Source: an uncultured Planctomycetaceae bacterium
GTDB taxonomy: Bacteria > Planctomycetota > UBA1135 > GCA-002686595
Direction: 5' to 3'
Assembly: GCA_964413535.1 (NCBI GenBank)
Contig: CAYPTB010000058.1
Coordinates: forward strand, 1-64,000
DNA: 64,000 bases
Shown: in pieces, positions 1 to 8,861 of the stretch
Numbering within the stretch: the first letter of the stretch is position 1
Layout of the letters: each line of letters opens with the position of its first letter
The notes under the pieces: model-generated
Told to the model about the DNA's origin: nothing
What the model saw: the letters and a program-made list of their open reading frames with translations, nothing else
The model's database searches: none
Translations under genes and position numbers: made by a program

Positions 1-369
1 CTCCACCGGCACGCCGCTCTTCGGATCCTGGACGTGGCCGATGCGCCCGCCGAACTTCACGCCCGTGTGCTCGCGCGTGTTGACGAAGAAGATCTCGGCG
101 ATGAAGACGTTGCCGCCGGTGAAGCTGTCGACCAGGTTCGAGAGGAACGGCACGTTCGAGCTGTCGAGCGTGTGTCGCCCCGGCTTCAGCGTTCCGACCA
201 CCACGCCGTCGCGGAAGAAGACGGCGACTTCGTCGGCCTCGACCGTGAGTTGCGCCTTCATCGGGACCGTGCGGTCCGGGTGCTTCCAGACGACCTGCGA
301 TTTCGCGGCGTCGGGGCGCGCGACCATCATCTCCTGGACGCCGCGCTTGAACCAATCCACTAGTCCCAT
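1..369 (-). CDS. SPFH/band-7-like membrane protein, N-terminal part (COG4260-like). Partial: continues beyond the window start.
   Basis: Reverse-strand translation from ATG (cat at 367-369) gives MGLVDWFKRGVQEMMVARPDAAKSQVVWKHPDRTVPMKAQLTVEADEVAVFFRDGVVVGTLKPGRHTLDSSNVPFLSNLVDSFTGGNVFIAEIFFVNTREH. The MGLxDxxK...AQLTV..xQxAVF..G..........PF start is typical of this family. There is no stop before position 1. Confidence 0.55.
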   Translation of the reverse strand, partial: MGLVDWFKRGVQEMMVARPDAAKSQVVWKHPDRTVPMKAQLTVEADEVAVFFRDGVVVGTLKPGRHTLDSSNVPFLSNLVDSFTGGNVFIAEIFFVNTREHTGVKFGGRIGHVQDPKSGVPVE

Positions 370-767
370 GTCGTCCCCCCTGCGAGAACCGGCGAATGAA
401 GGCGAAGAGCGTGAGCGAGGAAGATAGCCCTCGACACGATAGAGGCAACTTCCGAGATTCACCAGTCCTCGAGCCATGACGAGGCACGCCGGCCCGCCCG
501 AACGAACGTGGCAGCGGGAGAGCGAGAGCGCGATCACGGACGTCCGCTGGAAACACGTGCTGCTGCCGTCGGAGCGTGCGGTACCGGTTCCGCGCCAAGG
601 TCTTCACGGTGCTCGTGAACGGTCAGAGCGAGCTCTGCGCCGGCGAAGCGCCCTACAGCCGATTCAAGGTCGCCGGCTTCGTCTTGCTGCTCGTCGTGCT
701 GGCGTTCACGATCGTCGCCGCGAGCGGAGGCTTCTGAGCCGCCGACGCGCCGCACGCACCGATGGGT

Positions 768-1718
768 TCAATCCGTCGGCCCGCTCACGCGCCCGGCTCC
801 CAACGCTTCGCGTTCGGGCTCGACGTGGATCTGCGTCAGGGAGCCGGGGACGGCTTCCGAGAGCGCGTTCTCCAACCGATCGCAGAGCGCGTGGGAGGCG
901 CGAACGGTCATCGAGCCGGGCACGACCAGGTGGAACTCGATGAACGTGCGGTCGGCCGAGCGTCGCGTGCGGAGGTCGTGCACTTCGATCGCCGCCTCGC
1001 CCAGGTGGGCTCGGACGACGTTGTGGACGTGCGCCACCTCCTCCGGCGGCAGCGCTTCGTCCATCAGTCCGCCCACCGATTCGCGCACGACCGCCCAGCC
1101 CGCGCGGATCACGTTGGCCGCCACGAAGATCGCCAGCAGCGGATCGAGCACCCACCAACTCGTGACCCAAGCGAGGCCGACCCCCAGCCACACGCCGACC
1201 GAGGTCACGACGTCCGCCCACAGGTGTCGGCCGTCCGCCACGAGAGCGGGAGAGCGCAGCGCGCGGCCGCGTCGAAGCAGGTGCCAGGCGAGCCAGGCGT
1301 TGGCGCCCGAGGCCAGCATCGAGACGGCGATGCCGGGGCCGAGCGCGACGATCGGCTCGACGTCGAAGAAGCGCTTCCAGGCTTCCACGGCGATCGCGCC
1401 CGCGGCGACGACGATCAGGATCCCTTCGAGCACCGCGGAGAAGTACTCGGCCTTGCCGTGGCCCCACGGATGGCCGCGGTCGGGCGGCTTCGAGGCGATG
1501 CGCAGCGCGATCACCGCCGCGCCGGCGGCTGCTACGTTGACCACCGACTCCATGGCGTCGGAGAAGAGCGCGACGGAGCCCGTGAGGTGCGCCGCGACCC
1601 ACTTCAGGGCGAGGACCAGGCAGCCCACGAGGAGCGAGAGCTTCGCGCTCTGCAGCGCTCCCGATCGGTCGTGCACCGCGACGATCCCTCCCACGCCCAG
1701 AGGATGCGCCGCGTCCAC
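768..1718 (-). CDS. Cation diffusion facilitator (CDF) family metal efflux transporter
   Basis: 316-aa ORF with six predicted TM helices, a GHPWGHGKAEYFSAV-type CDF signature and a C-terminal cytoplasmic domain. The start codon is GTG (cac at 1716-1718). Confidence 0.8.
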   Translation of the reverse strand: MDAAHPLGVGGIVAVHDRSGALQSAKLSLLVGCLVLALKWVAAHLTGSVALFSDAMESVVNVAAAGAAVIALRIASKPPDRGHPWGHGKAEYFSAVLEGILIVVAAGAIAVEAWKRFFDVEPIVALGPGIAVSMLASGANAWLAWHLLRRGRALRSPALVADGRHLWADVVTSVGVWLGVGLAWVTSWWVLDPLLAIFVAANVIRAGWAVVRESVGGLMDEALPPEEVAHVHNVVRAHLGEAAIEVHDLRTRRSADRTFIEFHLVVPGSMTVRASHALCDRLENALSEAVPGSLTQIHVEPEREALGAGRVSGPTD

Positions 1719-1805
1719 GCGCCCCTCCTAGTGTCCCGAACCAGAAGTTCGCAAACGAAATCGAGCCGCCTGCGGCTCCCTGGCCGCGTTGCGCCTCCTC
1801 CGACG

Positions 1806-3278
1806 CTAGTAGTTCTTCGCGAACAGCACCCGTTGGCCGCTCGGCGCGCCGGTCTTGATGCACCGGCCCTTCTCCGGCCCCGGCCCGTCGGCGGGGTAGG
1901 GGATGCAGCGAATGGTGGCCTTCGTGGCTTCCTTGATGGCGAGCTCGGTCGCCGTCGTCCCGTCCCAGTGGGCGTAAACGAACTTCGAGCCCCCGTCGGC
2001 GAAGACCTCCTCGAACTCCTTCCAGGAGTCGACGTGGATCGTGTCGGCCTCGAGCCGACGCTTCGCGCGGTCGAGCAGCATGGCCTGGAACTCGTCGAGC
2101 ACCTTGCCGATCGACACGCCCAGGTCCTGCATCGGGAGCGTTTCCTTGACGGGCTTCCCGCGCTCGTCGACGGGGGAGACGCGGCGCTTCACGAGCACGC
2201 TCTTCGCTTCGAGGTCGCGCGGCCCGAGCTCGATGCGCACGGGCACACCCTTGCGCTCCCAATCGTAGTACTTCGCGCCGGGCTTGATCCCCTCGCGCGC
2301 GTCGACCTCGACGCAGAGGTCGTCGTCGCGCAGGCTCGCCGCGACCTTGCCCGCCGCCTCGAGCACCGCCGCCCGCTCCTCGTCCGTGCGGTAGATCGGC
2401 ACGACGACGACGTGGATCGGCGCGACGCGCGGGGGCAGCACGAGCCCCTCGTCGTCCGAGTGCGCCATGACGAGCGCGCCCACGAGCCGCGTCGAGGCGC
2501 CCCAGGACGTCTGCCACACGTACTCGCGCTCGCCCTTCTCGTTCTGGAACGCCACGTCGAAGGCCTTGCCGAAGTTCTGGCCCAGGTCGTGGCTCGTGCC
2601 GCACTGCAAGGCCTTCCCGTCCTGCATCATCGCCTCGATCGTGCGCGTCTCGATCGCGCCCGCGAAGCGCTCGTTCTCCGTCTTGATCCCGCGGATGACC
2701 GGCAGTGCGATCAGGTCGTTGCAGAAGTCGCGATAGACGTCGAGCATGCGCTCCACCTCCTCGCGCGACTCTTCGTGCGTGGCGTGCGCGGTGTGGCCTT
2801 CCTGCCAGTAGAACTCGCCCGTGCGCAGGAACAGCCGCGTGCGCAGCTCCCAGCGCATGACGTTGCCCCACTGGTTGATGAGCAACGGCAGGTCGCGCCA
2901 GGAGCCGATCCACTTCGAGAAGAAGTGCCCGATGATCGTCTCGGAGGTCGGCCGGATGACATAGGGCTCCTCGAGCTCCTTCCCGCCCGCGTGCGTGACG
3001 ACCGCGAGCTCCGGCGCGAAACCCTCCACGTGCTGCGCCTCCTTCTGGATGAAGCTCATCGGGATGAGCAGCGGGAAGGCGGCGTTCTTGTGCCCCGTGG
3101 CCTTGAAGCGCCGGTCGAGGTCCTTCTGGATCGCCTCCCAGATCGCCCAGCCGTGCGGCCGCACCACCATGCAGCCCTTCACGACGCCGGCGACTTCGGC
3201 GAGCTCCGCCTGGGCGATGACGTCCTGGTACCACTGGGCATAGTCCAGGTCGCGCGGGGTGATGACTCTCTCGGGCAT
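1806..3278 (-). CDS. proS: Prolyl-tRNA synthetase (class II, archaeal/eukaryote-like short type)
   Basis: Strong ProRS similarity across the whole length ([51 protein letters not shown]). The ORF track starts at 3392. The in-frame ATG at 3276-3278 ([17 protein letters not shown]) is the likely true start, because the upstream 38 aa are Arg/Pro-rich. Confidence 0.9.
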   Translation of the reverse strand: MPERVITPRDLDYAQWYQDVIAQAELAEVAGVVKGCMVVRPHGWAIWEAIQKDLDRRFKATGHKNAAFPLLIPMSFIQKEAQHVEGFAPELAVVTHAGGKELEEPYVIRPTSETIIGHFFSKWIGSWRDLPLLINQWGNVMRWELRTRLFLRTGEFYWQEGHTAHATHEESREEVERMLDVYRDFCNDLIALPVIRGIKTENERFAGAIETRTIEAMMQDGKALQCGTSHDLGQNFGKAFDVAFQNEKGEREYVWQTSWGASTRLVGALVMAHSDDEGLVLPPRVAPIHVVVVPIYRTDEERAAVLEAAGKVAASLRDDDLCVEVDAREGIKPGAKYYDWERKGVPVRIELGPRDLEAKSVLVKRRVSPVDERGKPVKETLPMQDLGVSIGKVLDEFQAMLLDRAKRRLEADTIHVDSWKEFEEVFADGGSKFVYAHWDGTTATELAIKEATKATIRCIPYPADGPGPEKGRCIKTGAPSGQRVLFAKNY

Positions 3279-3473
3279 GGGTCCTCTCCGAAGCCGTGGA
3301 AGGGCGGCAGAGTAAGGGAGGTCCACGGCCAGGGCCATGCACGGGCCGATGCCGCTGCGGAACGGGGCCCGGGGTCGGGGCCTTGCACCCACGCCGTCCT
3401 GTTATAAAGGAGGGTCGTACCTGCTACCGAGATACCGAAACAACCGAGATCCCCGACCCGAGAGCCAACCGCC

Positions 3474-4004
3474 GTGAAGCAATCCTCCGTCAGCGCCGAC
3501 ATGACCATGGAGCAGATCCTGGGCGAAATCCCCTCCGCGCAGCGGGCGCTGTTCCAGCGCTATCACATCGGGGGATGCTCGTCGTGCGGATTCCAGCCCA
3601 CCGACACGCTGGCGCGCGTCTGCAAGGACCACAACATCCTCGACGTGAACGAGGTCGTCTCCTTCCTCCAGGAGGCGCACGAGCTCGACCAGCGCATGCA
3701 GCTCGAACCGGCGCTGGTACAGAGCTGGATCGACGCCGGCGAGAAGTTCTCGTTCATCGACGTGCGCGGGGAGGAAGACCTCGCGGCGGGCGAGTTCGGG
3801 CCGGCCGAGCCGATGGACTACGACGATTCGGAGCGCTACATGGGCCTCCCGAAGGACCACAAGATCGTCTTCGCCTGCATGGACGGCGACCGGGCGCTCA
3901 ACGTCGCCGCCTACTTCCGCGGCCACGGCTTCACCGAGGTCTACTGCCTGCGCGGCGGCATCAACGCGTGGCGCGCGAAGTTCGGCACCCCCGTCCGCCG
4001 CTAG
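3474..4004 (+). CDS. DUF1858 (hybrid-cluster-protein-associated redox disulfide domain) fused to a rhodanese-like sulfurtransferase domain
   Basis: The N-terminus DMTMEQILGEIPSAQRALFQRYHIGGCSSCGF is the DUF1858 CxxC pattern. The C-terminus KIVFACMDGDRALNVAAYFRGHGFTEVYCLRGGINAW is a rhodanese fold with a catalytic Cys. The start is GTG at 3474; ATG at 3501 is an alternative. Confidence 0.7.
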   Translation: MKQSSVSADMTMEQILGEIPSAQRALFQRYHIGGCSSCGFQPTDTLARVCKDHNILDVNEVVSFLQEAHELDQRMQLEPALVQSWIDAGEKFSFIDVRGEEDLAAGEFGPAEPMDYDDSERYMGLPKDHKIVFACMDGDRALNVAAYFRGHGFTEVYCLRGGINAWRAKFGTPVRR

Positions 4005-4045
4005 CTTCGTCCGCAGCGGAGCCCGCGCCGTCCGACGCAGGGCCC

Positions 4046-4597
4046 GTGGACGTGGTCCGCGTCTTCAGCGCCGGGCACTCGAACCGGAGCCTCGCGGAGT
4101 TCCTCGACCTGCTGCAGCCGCGCGCGATCGAGCTCCTCGTCGACGGGCGGCGCTTCCCCGTCTCCCGCCGCCATCCGCACTTCGGGCGCGAGCGCCTCGA
4201 GCACAGCCTCGCGGCGCAGGGCATCGCGTACGCCCACGAGCCCGAGCTCGGCGGGCACCGCGCTCCCGATCCCGCCTCGCGCAACACCGCCTGGAGGAAC
4301 GCCGCCCTACGCGGCTACGCGGACCGCATCGGCGAGCCCGCCTTCCGGGCCGCTCTGGATCGGCTCGTCGAGCGCGCGCGGCGCGGACGCACCTGCGTCC
4401 TGTGCGCCGAGGCCGAGCCCGAGCATTGTCATCGCCGCATCCTGGCCGACGTGCTCGCGAGCCTGGGCTGCGAGGTCGTGCACCTCGTCCGGGCGGGCGA
4501 GGAGCGCGCGCACGCGCTGCACCGAGCCGCGCTCGTCCTCGCTCCGGGAACCGTCGTCTATCCGGCCGGCGGCGCCGCGCAGCGCGAGCTCTTCTGA
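4046..4597 (+). CDS. DUF488 family protein
   Basis: Motifs VRVFSAGHSNRSLAEFLDLLQPRAIELLVDGRRFPVSRRHPHF...AQGIAYAHEPELGGHR and CAEAEPEHCHRRILAD match DUF488. The start is GTG at 4046 or 4052 and is uncertain. It lies in frame inside the long track ORF 3296-4597, which reads through the rhodanese gene off-frame. Confidence 0.6.
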   Translation: MDVVRVFSAGHSNRSLAEFLDLLQPRAIELLVDGRRFPVSRRHPHFGRERLEHSLAAQGIAYAHEPELGGHRAPDPASRNTAWRNAALRGYADRIGEPAFRAALDRLVERARRGRTCVLCAEAEPEHCHRRILADVLASLGCEVVHLVRAGEERAHALHRAALVLAPGTVVYPAGGAAQRELF

Positions 4598-4912
4598 GCG
4601 CGGGGGCTTTTCCGATCAGATTTGTGTAAGGCGTGGTAGCGACGCGAGTCTGCGCGCGAGCTCGAGCGTCCGTCGCTCTGTGGGTGAACCCGTCCCCGGG
4701 CGTCGAGAGCGCCGGTTGCGCCCACGGTTGCGGGGAGTGCTCGCGCCGATTCGCGCGACGAACTGCGAAAACTCGTTGCATCGGAGTGCGGTGTCTCGGA
4801 CCTGAGACTGAAGCGCGGTGCGCTCGCGTCCGCACGCGATTGTCGACTGGAGGGACGCACCTAGAATCGCGCGCCAGCCTTCCGATTCGCACCGGAACAT
4901 CAAGGAGAAAAC

Positions 4913-5305
4913 ATGAAAGCACTCGGCACTTCGATCCTCGTCTCCATCGTCCTGCTCGTGACCGCGTGGAGCGGACTCGGTTCGACCGCGGTCGCCGCGG
5001 AGACCGCGCGCGGCGCCGGAACGGGCAACTTGAGCGTCGCCACCGTGAACGCTGCCGGCAAGCCCGTCGCGGGCGCGCTCGTGAACGTCTTCGCGTCGGG
5101 CGGCGGCGCCGTCGCGTCCGGGACGACGAACGCGAATGGCAAGATCGTCTTCTCCGGTCTCGCCGCGGGCAGCTACGGCATCTTCGCCTCCAAGACGATG
5201 GTCGTGTCCGGCTTCCCGATCGCGATCTACGGCAGCGCCAACGCTACCGTGAAGGCGAACAAGACGACCGGCGTGATCGTGGCGCTCGTCAACTCCGCGC
5301 CCTGA
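4913..5305 (+). CDS. Small secreted protein with a single carboxypeptidase-regulatory-like / Cna-B-like beta-sandwich domain
   Basis: A good SD (aaGGAGaaaacATG) precedes the ATG. The signal peptide is MKALGTSILVSIVLLVTAWSGLGSTAVAAE. The mature part GNLSVATVNAAGKPVAGALVNVFASGG...TNANGKIVFSGLAAGSYGIFASK fits the G.V.D..G.P..GA.V.......T...G.F....L..G.Y pattern. Confidence 0.75.
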   Translation: MKALGTSILVSIVLLVTAWSGLGSTAVAAETARGAGTGNLSVATVNAAGKPVAGALVNVFASGGGAVASGTTNANGKIVFSGLAAGSYGIFASKTMVVSGFPIAIYGSANATVKANKTTGVIVALVNSAP

Positions 5306-5435
5306 TCGGATCCGCGCTCCGTGCGATGCCGCGTCGCGCCATGCCCCGCGCGGCGCGGCGCGCACGGACTTCCGGCCGGCCGTTCGCCCCGAGGGTTGCG
5401 GAAACGGGCGCAACCGGAGATGACGGTTCCTTCCC

Positions 5436-7454
5436 ATGTCGCTCCCCTCCGAGATCCAAGAGCACCGCCGACGGCTCCTCGCGCTCGCCCGGCACCTCGT
5501 CTCCGATCTACACCGCGCCGAGGACCTCGTCCAGGACACCTATGTCTCGGCGCTCGAGCGCGGAGCCGCGGAGGAGCCCCTCGGTTGGGCGCGGTCGTGG
5601 CGGCGGATGCGCGAGACCCTGCGCCTCAAGGCGCGCGAAGCGTTCCGCCAGGAGGACCGGCGCAAGCGTCGCGAGCGCGCGGCCGCCGCGCGCGAGTGCG
5701 ACGAGTCGGGGGTGCCCGGCCGCGACGAGCCGACCTACCTCACGGCCATCGCCGAAGAGGTCGAGCGTCTGGAGGAACCGTATCGAACGACGCTCCGGCT
5801 GCGCTTCCTCGACGAGTGGCCGCCGCGCCGCATCGCGCGCGAGCTCGCCCTGCCGGTGCAGACGGTGTACTCGCGCATCGGTCGCGGTTCGGCGCTCCTG
5901 CGCGAGCGGCTCGAGCGCAGGTTGGGAGCGCTCGCGCCGCTCCTCTTGCTGGCGCGCGGCGCGCGAACGACGCCGCCACGTGCGCAGGGTGTTCGCCCGC
6001 CGCGCTTCGCCGTTGCCGCGGGCGCCGCGGTCGCTGCGGTCGCCGCCGGAACCGCGCTGTGGGTCGCCGCGGTCGATCCCGGCTCGCTCGATGGTGATCG
6101 AGCGGTCGCTGGGGCCTGGGACGTTGTCGCGCGGGCGCCCGATCTCGGGCCTGCCGCGCCGGTCCGGGTGCTCGCACCCATCGCCGTCGATCCGCTCGTC
6201 GCGCCGCCGCGAGCGGTGGACCCCGACCTGCAAGCGGGGCGCGTGGTCGACTCCACGGGTCGTCCCGTCGCGGGCGCGGAGGTGTCGTTCGAGCGCGGGA
6301 TCCTCGCGTTCCTGACGACTTCGGTGGAGCAGACCAGGTTCACCGCGCAGAGCGTGGAAGCTCGCACGACGAGCCGCGCCGACGGGAGTTTCGAGCTCGC
6401 GCTCTCGCGAACGGTGGAAGGCCGCGTGATCGCGCGGTCGTCCGGTCTCGCGCCGCTCGTGGCCGTGATGGTCCCCGTGCCGCTCGGCATCGAGTGCATC
6501 GAGCTCGTCGTGGCGCCGGCTGCTCGGCTCGGCGGCGTCGTGCTCGACCGAGAGCGCACCCCCGTGCGCGACGCCTACGTCGTCCTGCGCGCGCCCGCCG
6601 CGTTCCTGGCCGCGCTCGAGCACGAGGATCGCACTTGGCACGCGGGGGTCCACGCCGTGACGGACGCCGAGGGACGGTTCGCGCTCCAAGACGCTTGGGA
6701 TCTCCCCGGCTCGCGCGTCGAGCTCTACCGCTCCGACCTCACACGGCACCTCGTGCTCGCCGGCGGCGAACGCGAGCTAGAGCTCGTCGTCGAGGAACTG
6801 TGCGCCGACGGGGAGAGCCTGCGCGGCTACGTCGTGACACCCACGCTCGAGCCGATCGCCGGCGCGGGCGTGTTCGCGGGTCGCGAGAACCGCCGCTCGG
6901 CCGCGGACGGCTCGTTCGAGCTCCCGCTCGCCGCGCTCGAGGAACTCGATCGGATCTGGGCCGTCGCGCGCGGCTCGCTCCCGGTTGCGTACGACCTCCC
7001 GCGCCTCGCGAACGGGAGGCTCGACCTGCCGCCCGAGATCCTGGTCGAGATCGGCGAGCACGCGCTCGCGATCACGGGCACGGTGGTGGACTCCGACGGG
7101 CGCCCGATCCCGCGCGCGAGGGTCTGGTGCGCGGACCCGACGCCCTTCGCGCCCGACCTGACGGGAGGCGTGCTCGAGGTGTGGATCGCCGGCGAGAACG
7201 CGGGCGACCCCTACGTCGTGGCCGACGCCGGCGGCGCCTTCGTGCTGCCGCACCTCATGCGGCGCGCGTACCGAGTCGGCGCGCTCGAGCGCGCGACGTT
7301 GCGCTCGGTGGTGAGCGAGCCGATCGCCGCCGGCTCGCGGGACATCGTGCTGACGATCGCGACGGACGCCCCGCTCGAGCCCTTCGACGGCGTGGCGGTC
7401 GACGTCCACGGGGCGCCGCTCGCGGGCGTCACGCTCTCGCTCGAGCGCCCATGA
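5436..7454 (+). CDS. ECF-type sigma-70 factor fused, through one TM helix, to a long extracytoplasmic array of carboxypeptidase-regulatory-like repeats (a one-polypeptide sigma/sensor)
   Basis: Region 2 is DLVQDTYVSALER. Region 4 is EPYRTTLRLRFLDEWPPRRIARELALPVQTVYSRIGRGSALLRERL. The TM helix is FAVAAGAAVAAVAAGTALWVAAV. More than 400 aa follow with repeated GRVVDSTGRPVAGAEVSF...SRADGSFEL and GTVVDSDGRPIPRARVW-type units. The start is ATG at 5436. Confidence 0.75.
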   Translation: MSLPSEIQEHRRRLLALARHLVSDLHRAEDLVQDTYVSALERGAAEEPLGWARSWRRMRETLRLKAREAFRQEDRRKRRERAAAARECDESGVPGRDEPTYLTAIAEEVERLEEPYRTTLRLRFLDEWPPRRIARELALPVQTVYSRIGRGSALLRERLERRLGALAPLLLLARGARTTPPRAQGVRPPRFAVAAGAAVAAVAAGTALWVAAVDPGSLDGDRAVAGAWDVVARAPDLGPAAPVRVLAPIAVDPLVAPPRAVDPDLQAGRVVDSTGRPVAGAEVSFERGILAFLTTSVEQTRFTAQSVEARTTSRADGSFELALSRTVEGRVIARSSGLAPLVAVMVPVPLGIECIELVVAPAARLGGVVLDRERTPVRDAYVVLRAPAAFLAALEHEDRTWHAGVHAVTDAEGRFALQDAWDLPGSRVELYRSDLTRHLVLAGGERELELVVEELCADGESLRGYVVTPTLEPIAGAGVFAGRENRRSAADGSFELPLAALEELDRIWAVARGSLPVAYDLPRLANGRLDLPPEILVEIGEHALAITGTVVDSDGRPIPRARVWCADPTPFAPDLTGGVLEVWIAGENAGDPYVVADAGGAFVLPHLMRRAYRVGALERATLRSVVSEPIAAGSRDIVLTIATDAPLEPFDGVAVDVHGAPLAGVTLSLERP

Positions 7455-7954
7455 GCCTGATCGAGTCGACGGAGGGCGGGCGCGCGCACCAGTTCGCCAT
7501 GCCGGGCGCCGTGGTCGTTACGGACGCCCTCGGACGCTTCGCCTTCGCGGCGGCGCCCGAGGATGGGTGCCTGCTGCGCGTCGGCGGCAAAGGCGTCTTC
7601 GACGGCGCCGCGCCGCTGCCCCGTGCGCGTCGCGGCGCGACCGTCGTCGTGCCGCGCGTTGCGCGCTTGCACGTGCGGGCGCACGGGCTCGGAGGCAATC
7701 GCCTCGACGTCCGTCTCCTCGACGCGAACGGCGAAGCGCTCGTCCTGCATCCCGCCGCCGACATGGACCTTTCGATCATGCTCCAGCCGCGTCGCTTCCT
7801 GTCGCTCGCGGACGGAACTTGCGAACTGCGGGTGCCCGACACGGGACGCACGCTCGTGCTCGAGAGCGAAGGCGTGGAGCTCGTCCGTCGCGCCGTGGAG
7901 CCCGTAGCCGGAGCGGTGGTCGTGGTCGGCTCGCGCCCGGAGCGAGCTCAGTAG
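7451..7954 (+). CDS. Carboxypeptidase-regulatory-like domain protein (167 aa). Its ATGA start overlaps the stop of the sigma fusion. Either a separate coupled gene or a frameshifted C-terminal extension.
   Basis: ATG at 7451 overlaps TGA at 7452-7454. The protein MSLIESTEGGRAHQFAMPGAVVVTDALGRFAFAAAPEDGCLLRVGGKG... repeats the upstream repeat pattern. Confidence 0.5.
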   Translation: MSLIESTEGGRAHQFAMPGAVVVTDALGRFAFAAAPEDGCLLRVGGKGVFDGAAPLPRARRGATVVVPRVARLHVRAHGLGGNRLDVRLLDANGEALVLHPAADMDLSIMLQPRRFLSLADGTCELRVPDTGRTLVLESEGVELVRRAVEPVAGAVVVVGSRPERAQ

Positions 7955-8460
7955 CCGTCGTCGGTGTAGTGGCTCGTACTGCCGTCGATCGACAGCCGGC
8001 CGGTTTCGGCCTCGACGTGCACGATGCGCTGGTCGCCCTGGAACTCGAGCGTGATGCGCGCGCCGGTCTTCGGCACGCCGCGCGTGTCGTACAGCAGGGT
8101 TTCGCCTTCCCCGAGCGCCACGTCGGTGATTCGTACGCCGCGGAAGACGGCATCGCGGTCGTAGGAGCGGCGGAGCTCCGTCGCCTCGCCGAGCTCGTAG
8201 ATCCCGTCGTCGATGCGGTAGCCGTCACCGGCCTCGTCGAACTGCACTTGCACGTCCCGGCTGATGTAGGCGGCGCGGTTCTGCGCCGCGCGCAGGTCCT
8301 TCGCGAGCAGGATCGCGGCCTTCTCGAGCGTGACCTCCGCGCGCTCGAAGAACGACGGAACGGCGAGCGACGCCACGGCCGCGATCAACACGAGCGCCAC
8401 GACCAGATCGGTGAGCGTGAAGCCTCCGCGGACGCTCTCTTGTTTGCCGATTCGGATCAC
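7948..8460 (-). CDS. Type II secretion / type IV pilus minor pseudopilin-like protein (GspH-like)
   Basis: Prepilin-type N-terminus with a cleavage/methylation motif RGG|FTLTDLVVALVLIAAVASLAVP. It has D rather than the usual E at +5 and a beta-rich C-terminal domain. The start is GTG (cac at 8458-8460). Confidence 0.65.
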   Translation of the reverse strand: MIRIGKQESVRGGFTLTDLVVALVLIAAVASLAVPSFFERAEVTLEKAAILLAKDLRAAQNRAAYISRDVQVQFDEAGDGYRIDDGIYELGEATELRRSYDRDAVFRGVRITDVALGEGETLLYDTRGVPKTGARITLEFQGDQRIVHVEAETGRLSIDGSTSHYTDDGY

Positions 8461-8861
8461 GGGCCTCTGCGGAGTCCTTCGGGCCGTGCGAGCCCAGAGA
8501 TCCTAGCCTGCATCCCTCTCCAGCCGCCGGCTGCAACGCCGCAATTCCCGGCATCGGCTGCGTTGGGCTGGGTCGCCCGCCTGGCATCTACCAGCACTTG
8601 CGACGTTTCATTCGCCATCTGGTGAGAGAGGCAGGGAGGGATACGCGGGTTGCGGCCGGGAACGGCGTGTCGCGTTTCGCCGTCGGGCTGGCCGTCGGCA
8701 ACCCGCGCGAGGCCGCCGCGATCCCTCCGGCGCCGAGTGCTGGCCCGGGGTCCTTTCGGTTTCTCTGCTCGGCGCTCTTGAGATCGAGGCGGCCGGCGGC
8801 CGGAAAGCCCTTCGCCTGGGACGAAGGTCCGAAGACCCAGGCATCCCGGAGGCGAAGCGGC

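Noticed and set aside
706-3407. Two long opposing ORFs (878 aa minus, 881 aa plus) covering the CDF and proS region
   Set aside because: Their translations are extremely Arg/Gly/Pro/Ala-rich, which is typical of off-frame reading of about 70% GC coding DNA. The real genes (CDF transporter, ProRS) occupy other frames with clear family similarity.
4065-6749. Long ORFs 4065-4922(-), 4616-5539(-), 4633-6315(+), 5508-6749(-), 5735-6559(-)
   Set aside because: All are Arg/Ser/Ala-rich low-complexity translations overlapping the well-supported secreted-protein and sigma-fusion genes. They have no domain signatures.
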